Positions 1 to 10,400 of a DNA stretch of 64,000 nucleotides are shown piece by piece. Below the pieces are notes generated by a model that was not told the origin of the DNA, ran no database searches, and saw nothing but the letters and a program-made list of their open reading frames with translations. Position numbers and translations under genes: made by a program. This stretch comes from Candidatus Bathyarchaeota archaeon (GTDB lineage Archaea > Thermoproteota > Bathyarchaeia > 40CM-2-53-6), in the NCBI GenBank assembly GCA_963833125.1, contig CAWHWX010000001.1:160001-224000 (forward strand). The letters run 5' to 3'. How positions within the stretch are numbered: the stretch's first letter is position 1; every line of letters starts with the position of its first letter.

Positions 1-372
1 GGGGTCAAGGACGAATAGCTTCGGCCCTGCTTCATCGATTCCGCCGACGATCGTTTGTGTAATGTATGGGAAGTAGCGGCGTTCGAAGAGCATGCTGCCC
101 ATCAGCTTGGCAGCTGTCCTGACGGTGATACTCTGCTCCCGCTCGTAGGAGTATAGGTTTAGGTAGGCTCCTACTTCCCGTGTGAGTATTTGCATATCGG
201 CTACTATGCCGGCGCAGGCGGCGCCTATTTTTTCCGCGATCTTGAAAACTTTCTTCCCACTCTTGCTCATAACGAAATAACCATACGTGACCCGACGTTC
301 GGAGGCGAGAATTACGCCGTCCTTGCAGACCACGCCGACAGTTGTCGCGCCGGGCAAATAATATTCGCTCAA
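1..372 (-). CDS. psmB: Proteasome subunit beta (3'-partial, runs off window); probably the non-catalytic paralogue
   Basis: Not in the ORF track; my translation from TTG at 372: MSEYYLPGATTVGVVCKDGVILASERRVTYGYFVMSKSGKKVFKIAEKIGAACAGIVADMQ...IVGGIDEAGPKLFVLDP, typical of Ntn-hydrolase proteasome beta subunits. Confidence 0.93.
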   Translation of the reverse strand, partial: MSEYYLPGATTVGVVCKDGVILASERRVTYGYFVMSKSGKKVFKIAEKIGAACAGIVADMQILTREVGAYLNLYSYEREQSITVRTAAKLMGSMLFERRYFPYITQTIVGGIDEAGPKLFVLDP

Positions 373-464
373 TTGAAACACCAGTTAATCAAATCCGTCG
401 CAGGCGTACTAATAAGGGCTTAGTACTCCAAAACCTAGTCACAGACACATCAGATGAAAAACCC

Positions 465-737
465 GTGGTTCATCCCCTCAAGAATGTTCTCAACCGACTT
501 CGTTGGGACACCGACGAGAAACCTGAGAATTACAAGATAATGTACCGGCACAGGGGCGCACCAGGGGATGTGAAGATCATTCGCGCCTCGAACATTAAGA
601 AACTTGGCAAATCCTACTTCACCATTCAGGAAGTTGATGGTGCGGATGAATCTCTCATTCCTTTTCACCGAATCCTCGAAATCCGCAACACGCTCGATGA
701 CTCCATAATCTGGATAAGCCGCAAAAAGCAACCGTAG
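465..737 (+). CDS. MJ1316/DUF504 (UPF0248) RNA-repair domain protein
   Basis: PLKNVLNRLRWD...IMYRHRGAPGDVKII...IPFHRILEIR matches the family pattern. Start placed at GTG 465, in frame with ORF 342..737, to avoid overlapping psmB. Confidence 0.85.
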   Translation: MVHPLKNVLNRLRWDTDEKPENYKIMYRHRGAPGDVKIIRASNIKKLGKSYFTIQEVDGADESLIPFHRILEIRNTLDDSIIWISRKKQP

Positions 738-996
738 AGATGATTACCCGATGGATACGAGGCACCCACAAGCTGGGCCCGAAATTTGTTAGCTGGGATA
801 TACTGCGGATTCTGTGGCCGTGCGTTAGAAACCTCGCTCAAGACTTGCCCGAAATGCGGAAACACTATGTGCGAAACTTGTTTGGAAGAGCATCTGAAGA
901 TGTGCACGAAGTAAAGCTGAGCTTGAAGCTAGTCGATTGTTGGCTTCAAACGAAACTAGAAATATCGGCTTTTGTTGATGCTGCTTTCGATTCTCT

Positions 997-3711
997 GTGA
1001 ACGACAATTTCGATTTTGCGAAAGGGACCATTGACAGTCCTCAGGGTAGGGCGGGTTATTTCAGCCTCAAGAAATTGAAAGAGATAGGCTGCGAGCTGGA
1101 AAAACTGCCTTACTCGATTAGAGTTCTTCTTGAGAACACGCTTCGTTCATCCGGGAAGGTTGCAGGCGCCAAGGAAGCCGTGTATAGGCTCTCTGAATGG
1201 CCGAAGAGCATTGGCGAAGAATTGCCGTTCATGCCTTACCGTGTATTGCTGCAAGACTACACTGGCGTTCCACTTATTGTCGACCTGGCGGCGATGCGAA
1301 GCGCCTTCGCACGAAAAGGCTTGGATCCGCGGACGGTCAATTCACGGGTTCCAGTCGATCTGATCATAGATCATTCGGTCCAGGTTGATAGTTGGAGCGT
1401 TCCGAACGCCCTGTCCATGAATTTGGAGAGGGAGTACGAGAGAAATTCTGAACGGTATTCGTTGTTGAAGTGGGCTCAGTCGTCGTTTAGTGGCATGAGA
1501 ATCTTCCCTCCGGGCAAAGGAATCTGCCATCAAGTCAATTTAGAGTACTTGGCGAAAGTAGTTTCAATTCACGAATCTGGCGGCACCCTAACTGCCTTCC
1601 CCGACACACTAGTTGGAACTGATTCCCACACGACGATGGTTAACGGAGTAGGCGTGTTGGGCTGGGGTGTTGGCGGAATAGAGGCGGAGGCGGTGATGTT
1701 GGGGGAGCCTTACTACATGCCTATCCCGAAAGTTATCGGGGTCAAAATCACGGGTCAACTTCCCGAGGGCGCGACTCCAACCGACTTAGTGCTAACGGTT
1801 ACCGAGGCTCTGCGAAAGGAGGATCCTGTGGGCGCGTTCGTTGAGTATTTCGGTGATGCGTACCGGGAGTTGAGTGTGCCCGATCGGGCGACGTTGGGAA
1901 ACATGTCGCCAGAGTACGGGGCAACGGTCGGCTTCTCCCCCGTGGATGAACAAACAATCTCCTACCTCACTGGGACAGGAAGAGAGAGCAGTCACACGAA
2001 TTTCGTAAGGGAATACTGCAAGTCTCAAGGCCTCTTTCTAGAGAAGAATAGCCCGCATCCGAACTACTCGAAGACCATCACAATCGACCTAGACAAAATT
2101 GAACCGTCGATAGCAGGCCCACGAAACCCTGACGAAAGGGTACCGCTCAAGTCGGCTCCAACCCTCATCGCGAACGTTCTTGAACAATACAAGAGATCCG
2201 GCCCTGCTCCGCCTAGCGCCCGCAAAATTGCTGACGACGGGTACCAGCTTAGTTTGCTCCATAATACGCCGAAGGGAAATGGAACACCCGACCCTGGTCA
2301 ATTGAGTGACGGCTCAATTGTTATCGCCGCAATAACGAGTTGCACCAACACTTCCAACCCCACAGTCATGGTTGGAGCTGGGTTGATTGCAAGAAAAGCA
2401 GTTGAACTGGGACTTACGCCCAAGGGTTACGTAAAGAGAAGTCTTGCGCCTGGCTCGAAAGTTGTGACGGATTACCTAGCGAAATCCGGGTTGCTGCAAG
2501 ACCTCGATTCTCTCGGGTTCGACATAGTTGGTTACGGCTGCACAACTTGCATTGGGAATAGTGGTCCACTTGCTCCTGAAATTGAGAAGCAGATTCGGGA
2601 CCGGAACTTGTACGCGGTTGCGGTATTGAGTGGGAACAGAAACTTTGACGGACGCATCCATCCCCTCGCCAAGGCATCTTTCCTAATGTCACCCATGCTA
2701 GTCGTAGCCTATGCTCTGGTTGGCCGAATTGAATTTGATTTCTACAAGGAACCCATAGGCACCAGCAGGGATGGAAGGAAGGTATTCCTCAAAGATATTT
2801 GGCCTACAATGAAAGAGATCCGCGAAACAATCTCCAACTCACTTTCACCAGAATTCTACAAGTCAACTTACGGCGCAGCCCTCGAAGGCGATGAAAAATG
2901 GAAAGCACTTCAATCTCCAGCAGGCGACGCGTACGCTTGGGATGAGAAGTCAACCTACATTCGCGAACCGCCATGGTTTGCGAACGAAAAGGAAGCAGTG
3001 GCCGATATTTCTAAGGCACGCGTGCTTGCGATCTTCGAAGATAAGGTCACAACCGACCATATATCCCCCGCAGGGACAATACCCATCGATAGTCCTGCAG
3101 GCCTATACCTTCAACAGAATGACGTACCCAAAACCATGTTCAGTACGTACGGAAGTCGGAGAGGCAACCACGAAGTTATGGTACGGGGTGGGTTTGCGAA
3201 TATTCGATTGAAGAACATACTCGCTAGGGGGAAGGAGGGGGGTTGGACCGTGCACCAGCCTTCGGGGGAATTGATGACGATTTACGACGCAGCTACACGT
3301 TACATCACCGAACAGACGCCCCTCCTAATTCTTGCTGGGAAACAGTATGGGGCGGGCAGTTCAAGGGATTGGGCTGCGAAGGCTGTGAAACTGTTAGGTG
3401 TGAGGGCGGTTATTGCGGAGAGTTTTGAAAGAATCCACCGCAGCAACCTCGTCGCAATGGGCGTACTACCACTCGAATTCAAACAAGGCGAAAGCTGGAA
3501 AACCCTAGGCCTTCAGGGAGACGAAATCTATGAGGTGAAGGGCATTAGTGGAATAAACGGACCAAAAACATCGTTGACTGTGAACGCCAAGGGAAAAACC
3601 AAGCAAACAAGCTTCGAAGTTACCGCCAGGGTGGATAATCAGGTCGAGGTTGAATATTATCGGGATGGCGGAGTGCTTCCGTACGTTTTCGCGAAACTCG
3701 CACCCTCCTAA
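997..3711 (+). CDS. acnA: Aconitate hydratase AcnA
   Basis: 904 aa with LLQDYTGVP, DHSVQVD, GTDSHT, ITSCTNTSNP, GYGCTTCIGNSG, SGNRNF, TTDHISPAG, GSSRDWAAK and FERIHRSNL motifs. Confidence 0.98.
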   Translation: MNDNFDFAKGTIDSPQGRAGYFSLKKLKEIGCELEKLPYSIRVLLENTLRSSGKVAGAKEAVYRLSEWPKSIGEELPFMPYRVLLQDYTGVPLIVDLAAMRSAFARKGLDPRTVNSRVPVDLIIDHSVQVDSWSVPNALSMNLEREYERNSERYSLLKWAQSSFSGMRIFPPGKGICHQVNLEYLAKVVSIHESGGTLTAFPDTLVGTDSHTTMVNGVGVLGWGVGGIEAEAVMLGEPYYMPIPKVIGVKITGQLPEGATPTDLVLTVTEALRKEDPVGAFVEYFGDAYRELSVPDRATLGNMSPEYGATVGFSPVDEQTISYLTGTGRESSHTNFVREYCKSQGLFLEKNSPHPNYSKTITIDLDKIEPSIAGPRNPDERVPLKSAPTLIANVLEQYKRSGPAPPSARKIADDGYQLSLLHNTPKGNGTPDPGQLSDGSIVIAAITSCTNTSNPTVMVGAGLIARKAVELGLTPKGYVKRSLAPGSKVVTDYLAKSGLLQDLDSLGFDIVGYGCTTCIGNSGPLAPEIEKQIRDRNLYAVAVLSGNRNFDGRIHPLAKASFLMSPMLVVAYALVGRIEFDFYKEPIGTSRDGRKVFLKDIWPTMKEIRETISNSLSPEFYKSTYGAALEGDEKWKALQSPAGDAYAWDEKSTYIREPPWFANEKEAVADISKARVLAIFEDKVTTDHISPAGTIPIDSPAGLYLQQNDVPKTMFSTYGSRRGNHEVMVRGGFANIRLKNILARGKEGGWTVHQPSGELMTIYDAATRYITEQTPLLILAGKQYGAGSSRDWAAKAVKLLGVRAVIAESFERIHRSNLVAMGVLPLEFKQGESWKTLGLQGDEIYEVKGISGINGPKTSLTVNAKGKTKQTSFEVTARVDNQVEVEYYRDGGVLPYVFAKLAPS

Positions 3712-3828
3712 ATCCATCAGGATCTAACTGAAGCCTGGGAGTACGTCGCGAGTGAAACGCTCGATTCCCGCGTCATCAAGGATTTTGGTTGCGAAATTTA
3801 AGACCTGGTAGTTCACGCCAACTGTGCT

Positions 3829-4890
3829 CTACGTCTTCAGTGCGATGCCGTTCACTGCTACGCTTCCAGGATGATGCAGTTCTCCTTCTACCTCGAACTT
3901 CACGCCCACCACCATCTCCGCGACTTTAATGTTGGTCAGGGTGTGGAGTGTAATTTCTGAAACTTGAATCATGGACTTGCCTTCGGCCACGGCCATGTAT
4001 GGGATTAAGATGTCGCCCATATGCCGATCTACCGGTGCGCCTGAGGTTAGTTCTGCGAGGAGTTTGGTGGCAGCATCTTCCCCAACCGATTCAGCGGGCT
4101 TACCCCTCTCACCTAAACTGTCGGCTCCAACGATCGTTCCGTTACTGAATTTTGCTGAGAGGGTGATGCCGCTTCCGGGTGCAAGGTGTGAGTCTTGATT
4201 TGGGGAATAGGTTTCAGTGGTGATGTTCGCGTTGGGGAATCCTTCGGCGTTGAGTTTCTCCTTCGCTGCACTCGCTTGCCTTTGGGCTACGTGGCTTGGG
4301 AGACGGACGCAGTGGCTGATTCCTTCGATACCTAGCAACTCACCCCTATCCAGAAGAGTGATGGCTTTCAGATGTCGGGGTGGTTGGATGGTGATGGATA
4401 CGTGGCCTCCGCCTTTTGGGTAGTGGCCTCGGCGTTGGAGCTGGATGGTTGCCCGATACCCCATTGGTTGTAGGAGGGGGAGGTGGATGAGGCGGAGGTA
4501 GTCGATGGTTGGGCTCCACCGCACATCCGTCCCACCAATCAGATCCAACGTCACGTCGCCGGGGGCGTAGGCGGCGGCGGGCATGAGAGCCTGCAGGATT
4601 AAGGGTATGCTGCCGGCCGTGCCCACATCAAAACTCCACCGTCCCGCGACGTGACCGTGGGGGGTGAAGGTTAGTTCCTGTGAACCTTGAGTTAGGCCGG
4701 TGGTTTCGGCGTTGCTAATTGCGCCGACAGCTTTCACCGCGACCACATGTTGTGCTTGTAAGCCTGGGTTGGGGCGTTTGTCGCGGATCTTGGTTAGTTT
4801 GATTGGGGTTCCGGTGAGGGCGGATAGGGCTATGGTGGTGCGAACAATCTGGCCCCCACCTTCCATGAGATCCCCAGATACTTCGAGCAT
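3829..4890 (-). CDS. rtcA: RNA 3'-terminal phosphate cyclase
   Basis: EGGGQIVR, RPNPGLQAQH, GTAGSIPL, GGTDVRWSP, RRGHYPKGGG, VDRHMGD and catalytic TLHTLTN motifs. Confidence 0.97.
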   Translation of the reverse strand: MLEVSGDLMEGGGQIVRTTIALSALTGTPIKLTKIRDKRPNPGLQAQHVVAVKAVGAISNAETTGLTQGSQELTFTPHGHVAGRWSFDVGTAGSIPLILQALMPAAAYAPGDVTLDLIGGTDVRWSPTIDYLRLIHLPLLQPMGYRATIQLQRRGHYPKGGGHVSITIQPPRHLKAITLLDRGELLGIEGISHCVRLPSHVAQRQASAAKEKLNAEGFPNANITTETYSPNQDSHLAPGSGITLSAKFSNGTIVGADSLGERGKPAESVGEDAATKLLAELTSGAPVDRHMGDILIPYMAVAEGKSMIQVSEITLHTLTNIKVAEMVVGVKFEVEGELHHPGSVAVNGIALKT

Positions 4891-4904
4891 GGTTGAATGG
4901 CCGT

Positions 4905-4969
4905 GGGTGGGATGGTTGGGGGGTTTGTATTGTTTGCGGGTGGGGGGGTGGGGGGTGTAATTTGTGGGG
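4905..4969 (+). other. G-tract cluster (potential G-quadruplex) across the rtcA promoter region
   Basis: Seven runs of at least 3 G within 65 nt immediately upstream of the rtcA start. Confidence 0.5.
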
Positions 4970-5195
4970 AGAACATGTTACTGTCGTGGGTACTTGGGAT
5001 CAGTGTCTGGGCTCTTAGTCGCTAAGAATAGATTTCTGTGGTTCTGTTAGCTTGTCGGGTCAATGTATTGGCGAATAGAAATATTCTGGGCCGACGAAAT
5101 TGCGGGTTCGTATCCACCGGCCACACCGGCGGCAGTAGACAACCGGGAGACCTCATCGCACTATAACGTCACATCTTATCTTGCATCCTCATTAA

Positions 5196-5468
5196 TTGGA
5201 CGGCAGACGCAAGTTGAACGTTCGATTCAAACCTCATGCTTTGGCCCGGATGAAGGAACGGCAGATTAAGCAGAGTCAAATCGAACAAGTGCTCGCTTCG
5301 CCGACCGAGACCGTGTTGGTGCGCTTTTCGAGACGAGCTTCTTTCGGAAATGTTAATGGGCGACGTCTACTTGTAATTTGCCAGACTAACGCCGACGAGG
5401 TAGAAGTTGTTACAGCCTTCTGGATCAATGAGAATGGATTGAGAAAATATGGCTTCACTCGAATATGA
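5196..5468 (+). CDS. DUF4258 family protein (RelE/BrnT-like putative toxin)
   Basis: FKPHALARMKERQI...IEQVLASP...LLVI...VEVVTAFW; overlaps the downstream DUF2283 gene. Confidence 0.8.
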   Translation: MDGRRKLNVRFKPHALARMKERQIKQSQIEQVLASPTETVLVRFSRRASFGNVNGRRLLVICQTNADEVEVVTAFWINENGLRKYGFTRI

Positions 5469-5655
5469 CCCCAGCAGCACTGCGCTTTACGTAAGAATGA
5501 AACGGGGAAAAGTGGCTACTAGTAGACCCCTCGCTGACAACATCATCCTTGATTTGAATAAGAAGAATGAACTTCTCGGTATCGAGATAATAGGACCCGT
5601 GCCTGAAGACCTCAAGGAATTCAAGCTAAAAGCCAAGATTCTAGCGCGGGCTTGA
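5449..5655 (+). CDS. DUF2283 family protein (putative antitoxin)
   Basis: YDPSSTALYVRM...IILDLNKKNELLGIEII; the canonical partner of DUF4258. Confidence 0.85.
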   Translation: MASLEYDPSSTALYVRMKRGKVATSRPLADNIILDLNKKNELLGIEIIGPVPEDLKEFKLKAKILARA

Positions 5656-5714
5656 CCGAAAATAAATATGGAGCTTAAGCTGAGACAACAACATCTTCCA
5701 AAAGTCTGACCAGC

Positions 5715-5895
5715 GAACCTGGAGATTTACGGAGGTTAAATGAGATTGGTGAAGGCGAGAAGACTGAGGCCTTCTGATTTCGCAGGTACGTTTGTAATGA
5801 CGGACTGGGAAGCGGATGGAATTTCGCGGCAGTTGATCAGGTTTTGGTCGAGATGGCGATCCCCAAGAGGCCCGTCTTACACCGATGTAATGTAG
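5715..5895 (+). pseudogene. Degenerate VapB-type (DUF217-like) antitoxin remnant
   Basis: Frameshifted ...FTEV/MRLVKARRLRPSDFAGTFVMTDWEADGISRQLIRFWSRW resembles the SFSDVIRRL...LSDFAG...E...W pattern; no intact N-terminus and no toxin follows. Confidence 0.5.
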
Positions 5896-5970
5896 ATTCT
5901 AAAATCATATTCATAGGATGCACATCCCACGCGCACAGCTACCCCATTCTAACCCGCAACCGCATAAAGT

Positions 5971-6201
5971 CTATGACAATTTGGTTTCGTCCCGCCATTT
6001 TCGTATCTCCTTAGCTCCACTCCAGCCACGGGCTTTACTTGATGAACGAAGTTGATCGATTCCTTCCGCCACCTTTTTCATCTCTTCCCGAGATACTGTT
6101 TCCTCGAAGGCTTTGCGTGCGACGCTGCTCCAGTTAATGTGATTAAGCTTCTTCATACCTAGTTTGAGTTCGTCGGGTACAGTGATGGTGACGATCGGCA
6201 T
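5971..6201 (-). CDS. Ribbon-helix-helix (CopG/VapB-like) antitoxin, orphan
   Basis: MPIVTITVPDELK..MKKL..INWSSVARKAFEE...GAKEIRKWRD; no PIN toxin downstream. Confidence 0.75.
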   Translation of the reverse strand: MPIVTITVPDELKLGMKKLNHINWSSVARKAFEETVSREEMKKVAEGIDQLRSSSKARGWSGAKEIRKWRDETKLS

Positions 6202-6339
6202 TCCTTATTCCTCAAGTGCCGAGGCATTGTGGTGTATATGTGTTCGGCGCGCCCACGAGGTGGCGCTAGGATTGCCGGATCTTTTCGCGATGCTGGCCGC
6301 TACGAAGTAACAGGATCGTAGGGGAAAGGAAGTGGGGAG

Positions 6340-7410
6340 TTATGGGTAGGTTCTGGTGGTGCGGTGGAGGAGTTGGGTTAGGTTCGCCGGGTTCACGGAG
6401 GGTAGTTGTATGTAGGTTAGGGCTCGGGCGCCGGTTAGAGTTGTGAGGCTGAGGGTTGAGAGGATTAGACTGGTTGTGGAGAATGCTAGTAGGCTTACTG
6501 AGCCGGTTGCGTAGGCGGTTAGGGTGAGTAGGGTGCTGGCGGTGAGCCAGAGGGTTGAGGGTGCGAGAGTTAGACGAGAGATGTGGGTGTGGCGGCGGAG
6601 TAGTCGTGAGGTGAGGTAGGCGATTGGGGCTATGTAGATGAGGCCGATTAGGGAAGCGGCGACTAAGCCGGCGGTTATCGCGGCTGCTTCAGTGCTGAGT
6701 GGGGCTACGAAGCCGTAGGAGTAGTAGGAGGCGTATAGGATGCCGAGTAGTGGGATGACGGTGGTTTGGATGGCGGTGTAAGCGTAGGGGTTGGTGGCAG
6801 CTGAGTAAGCGGCTGAGGGGGCCCATGAGTAGTACCAGGCGTTGAAGGTGGTTAGGAATGTGCGGCCGGCAGTTGTGTTCTGGATCTGGTTGTTGCGGAA
6901 GTTGCGGAGGAAGTCTGCGTATGGTTGGAGGCGGTTGCCGTTGGTTACGTAGCTGACGGGGCAGTTGGTTCCGACTCCGACCCCTTTCTGGGTTACGATG
7001 GCGGTGAACGTGGCGGTGCTGACTTTTGTGGTTTGGATTGTGGAGAGGGCGGTGTTGATGCTTGATTGGGTGGCCGTGTAGACGGTTGAGAAACTCGTAG
7101 TGGTTAGGGTTGTGGAGATTGTGCTGGTGTAGCTGAAGAAGGTGCTTGTGGTTGTGGCGGTTGTGCTAGTGGTGGAGCTGGAGATGCTGGTGGATAGTGT
7201 GGTCGTGGTTGCAGTTATGGTTGCAGTGCTGGTGCCGCTGTACGAGTAGCTGGTTGTTGAGCTTAGGGGTGGGGTGGAGACACAGCCGTTGATTCCGCAA
7301 GTCCCCGTAGCCACCGCTAGGTTCGCGGGGGAATTAGTAGCCATCAAGGCGGCTAGGATACCGACGATTAGTAGTAGCGCCATAGCGCCATTTCGAGTGC
7401 TGAATTTCAA
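6340..7410 (-). CDS. Secreted Thr/Ser-rich protein with CFI-box-CTERM-like domain and C-terminal multi-pass membrane region
   Basis: Signal peptide, Thr-rich stalk, then NCPVSYVTNGNRLQPYADFLRNFRNNQIQNTTAGRTFLTTFNAWYYSWAPSAA (CFI-box pattern C..A....LR.FRD....T..G..F...YY..SP), then about four hydrophobic helices. TTG start overlaps the upstream TGA. Confidence 0.8.
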   Translation of the reverse strand: MKFSTRNGAMALLLIVGILAALMATNSPANLAVATGTCGINGCVSTPPLSSTTSYSYSGTSTATITATTTTLSTSISSSTTSTTATTTSTFFSYTSTISTTLTTTSFSTVYTATQSSINTALSTIQTTKVSTATFTAIVTQKGVGVGTNCPVSYVTNGNRLQPYADFLRNFRNNQIQNTTAGRTFLTTFNAWYYSWAPSAAYSAATNPYAYTAIQTTVIPLLGILYASYYSYGFVAPLSTEAAAITAGLVAASLIGLIYIAPIAYLTSRLLRRHTHISRLTLAPSTLWLTASTLLTLTAYATGSVSLLAFSTTSLILSTLSLTTLTGARALTYIQLPSVNPANLTQLLHRTTRTYP

Positions 7411-10400
7411 GTGAACAACCTCCTGAGTAACATCGGGATTAGTAACAATAACGCCGCCAGTAAGCCGGCGCTATCTATACCCGGAGCCGGATTGAAGGGT
7501 GTGGGTTGGGTTTGGAAGCCGCATGGTAGTGGTCCGCATGGGACGGTTGTGAATTGGGTGGTGGTTGAGAAGGTGACCGTGGTTTGGGTTTGTGTTGTGG
7601 AGCTGGTTGAGGTGAATTGGGTGGATGTCATTCCGGAGACTGTGGTGATCGTGAAGTGGGTGAAGGTTGTGAAGAAGATGCCGGTTGTGCTGTAGGTGGT
7701 TGATGAGTAGCTGAAGCTGGTGGCGACGCTGGTTGTGGTTGTGGACTGGGAGGTGGTGGTTGAGGATGAGGTTGTTGTTGAGCTGAATGTGGTTATGGTG
7801 GTTGCTAGGGTGACGCCGAGGAAGTTGGACGCAAAGTCGAGGCTATCTCCTGGCGGGCAGGTTGGAGGCGTGCTCGTTGTCTGAGCAGTAGGAGCGACGC
7901 TGCACCCGGTTACGCGTGATCAAGTAATAGCCACCAGGCGCAGTAGGGAGACACAACGAACGCTCCGGAAGCGTATCCGCTGCTCATCAGACACGTCACA
8001 GGGTGGGTAAGGTCGAATAACGAATTTCCGGAAGCTGAGCTTATCGTGCAGAACGCGTCTTGCGCATTGAAACCGGTACCTGCAACCCCAACCGCCAGAC
8101 CCTGTTCCACGCTGGCCGGATTCAGCACTACTAAGGCGGATGGCGTTCCTACTGTGAAGACAGCTGATGCATTCGAGCCTGTATTATCTCCGACCTCAAT
8201 CGCGTACGTACCCGCAAGAGCCGTTGAGGGTACGATGACTGAGCCCGAGACTTGGCCGAATGGGTCAATGGCGCAACTCGGCTGGACCGTAGATCCCTTG
8301 AATGTAGGAATCACAGTAGCATTGCATTTTGTCGCATCCGACTCAAAGCCCGTGCCGGTGTAGGTGAAGACTGAGTTGATCGTTCCGGATGTGGGGACGA
8401 CCGTTATTTGGGCAGTTACGCCGAACGGTGCACCGATGGGGTGTAAGGTTCCGTTGAGTAAGTCGTTTGCAGGGTGATCCCTTCACCGTTACGTTCCAGT
8501 GAATATCTTCAGTGGCGTACGGGCTTACTACGAAGCTGCCTTGTGCCAACTGCGGAGACACGATGGAGCAGGTTGGGGAAGTTATCAGCGTATTATCCTG
8601 ATGTAGCGGTGTGATGTCGCCGCTGAAAGCTAGGATTACGCAACCCGTATCTGATGTCGACAAACCATACGCTCTGACAATAACCGTTGCGCCTGTAGTT
8701 GCGTTGGTTGGGAAGAGATCGATTTCTGATTGGCCAGGGATGACTCTCAGGACGGCTTGAGCAAAGTCCCCTACACTTGGAGCACAGCCATTGTTGCCGC
8801 CGCAACCTGTGACCTCAATCACGTACTGACCCGGCGAAGCGGTGCCGATGATGAAGCTGGCGCTCACGTTCCCTTGCGTTGATCCAACTGTGATAACGCA
8901 TCCAGAGGAACCTGGGAGTATGGGGTTGGGTGTGCTGGGGCTACTGACTGAGCATGATTGGTCTGTTGGGAGGAACCCGGTACCATTCACCAGAATCTCC
9001 TGCCCAATCATACCCGTCCCAGGACTCAACGTAAGCCTAGGCCCACCAACAACCTTGAGATTGGCCTGCGCAAAGTCGCCGACGCTTGGAGCGCAGCCGT
9101 TGTTTCCACGACAACCAGTTATCTCGATTACGTATTGACCGGGGAGCACATTACCAATCGTAAAACTACCATTAACAACCCCAGTACCGACGTTGATAAC
9201 GCAGCTCGCTGAACCAGACAAGATTGCACTATGGCCATTAGCATCAAACCCGACACTTGAGACAGTGCAACTCGTATCTGTGGGGAGGAACCCTGTACCG
9301 TTGACTAGAATATCGAAACCAGGCGAACCAGTCGACGGACGCAAACTAATACTAGGCCCACCCACCACGTTCAACACTGCCTGCGCAAAGTCACCGACGC
9401 TTGGAGTACAGCCGTTGTTCCCAAGACAACCCGTAATCTCAATAATGTACTGACCAGGGAGAACGTTACCAATCGTGAAACTACCATTAACGATCCCAGT
9501 ACCAACCCTAATCCCACAAGCAGACGTACCAGACAAGAGTGGGCTGTGACCATTAGCGTCAAATCCAACGGCTGAGATCGTACAGCTAGTATCGGTAGGT
9601 AGGAACCCAGTACCGTTGACTAGGATGTGCGCACCCGGTTGACCAGTCGACGGAGTCAAACCAATGATAGGCCCACTAACCACGTTGAGTAACGCTTGTG
9701 CAAAATCACCGACGCTTGGAGTGCAACCATTGTTTCCAAGACAACCCGTGACTTCAATTATGTATTGGCCGGGGAGTACATTACCAATTGTGAAGCTAGC
9801 GTTAACAATCCCAGTTCCAACATTGATGGTACAAGCCGCCGTACCCGACAAGATTGCACTATGGCCATTAGCATCAAACCCGACAGTTGAGAGACTGCAA
9901 CTCGTATCCGTGGGTAGGAACCCTGTACCGTTGACTAGGATGTGCGCGCCAGGCTGACCAGTCGACGGACGCAAACTAATCCTAGGTCCATTCACCACAT
10001 TGATTACTGCTTGCGCAAAGTCACCGACGCTCGGAGTACAGCCGTTGTTACCACCACAACCCGTAACCTCAATCGCGTATTGGCCGGGGAGCACATTACC
10101 AATCGTGAAACTACCGTTAACAACTCCACTACCAACAGTTATGGCACAACCAGCAGTCCCAGCCAACAGTGGACTGTGGCCATTAGCATCAAACCCAACC
10201 GATGAGATCGTGCAACTAGTATCGGTAGGCAGGAATCCAGTACCGTTAACTAGAACATGGACACCCGGTTGACCAGTCGACGGCTTCAACTTAATCGCCG
10301 GCCCACCCACCACATTCAAGACTTCTTGCGCAAAGTCACCGACGCTCGGCGTACAACCATTATTTCCAAGACAACCCGTAACCTCAATCACGTATTGACC

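Noticed and set aside
740-1000. 86-aa ORF between the MJ1316 gene and acnA
   Set aside because: No recognisable motifs; probably acnA upstream sequence.
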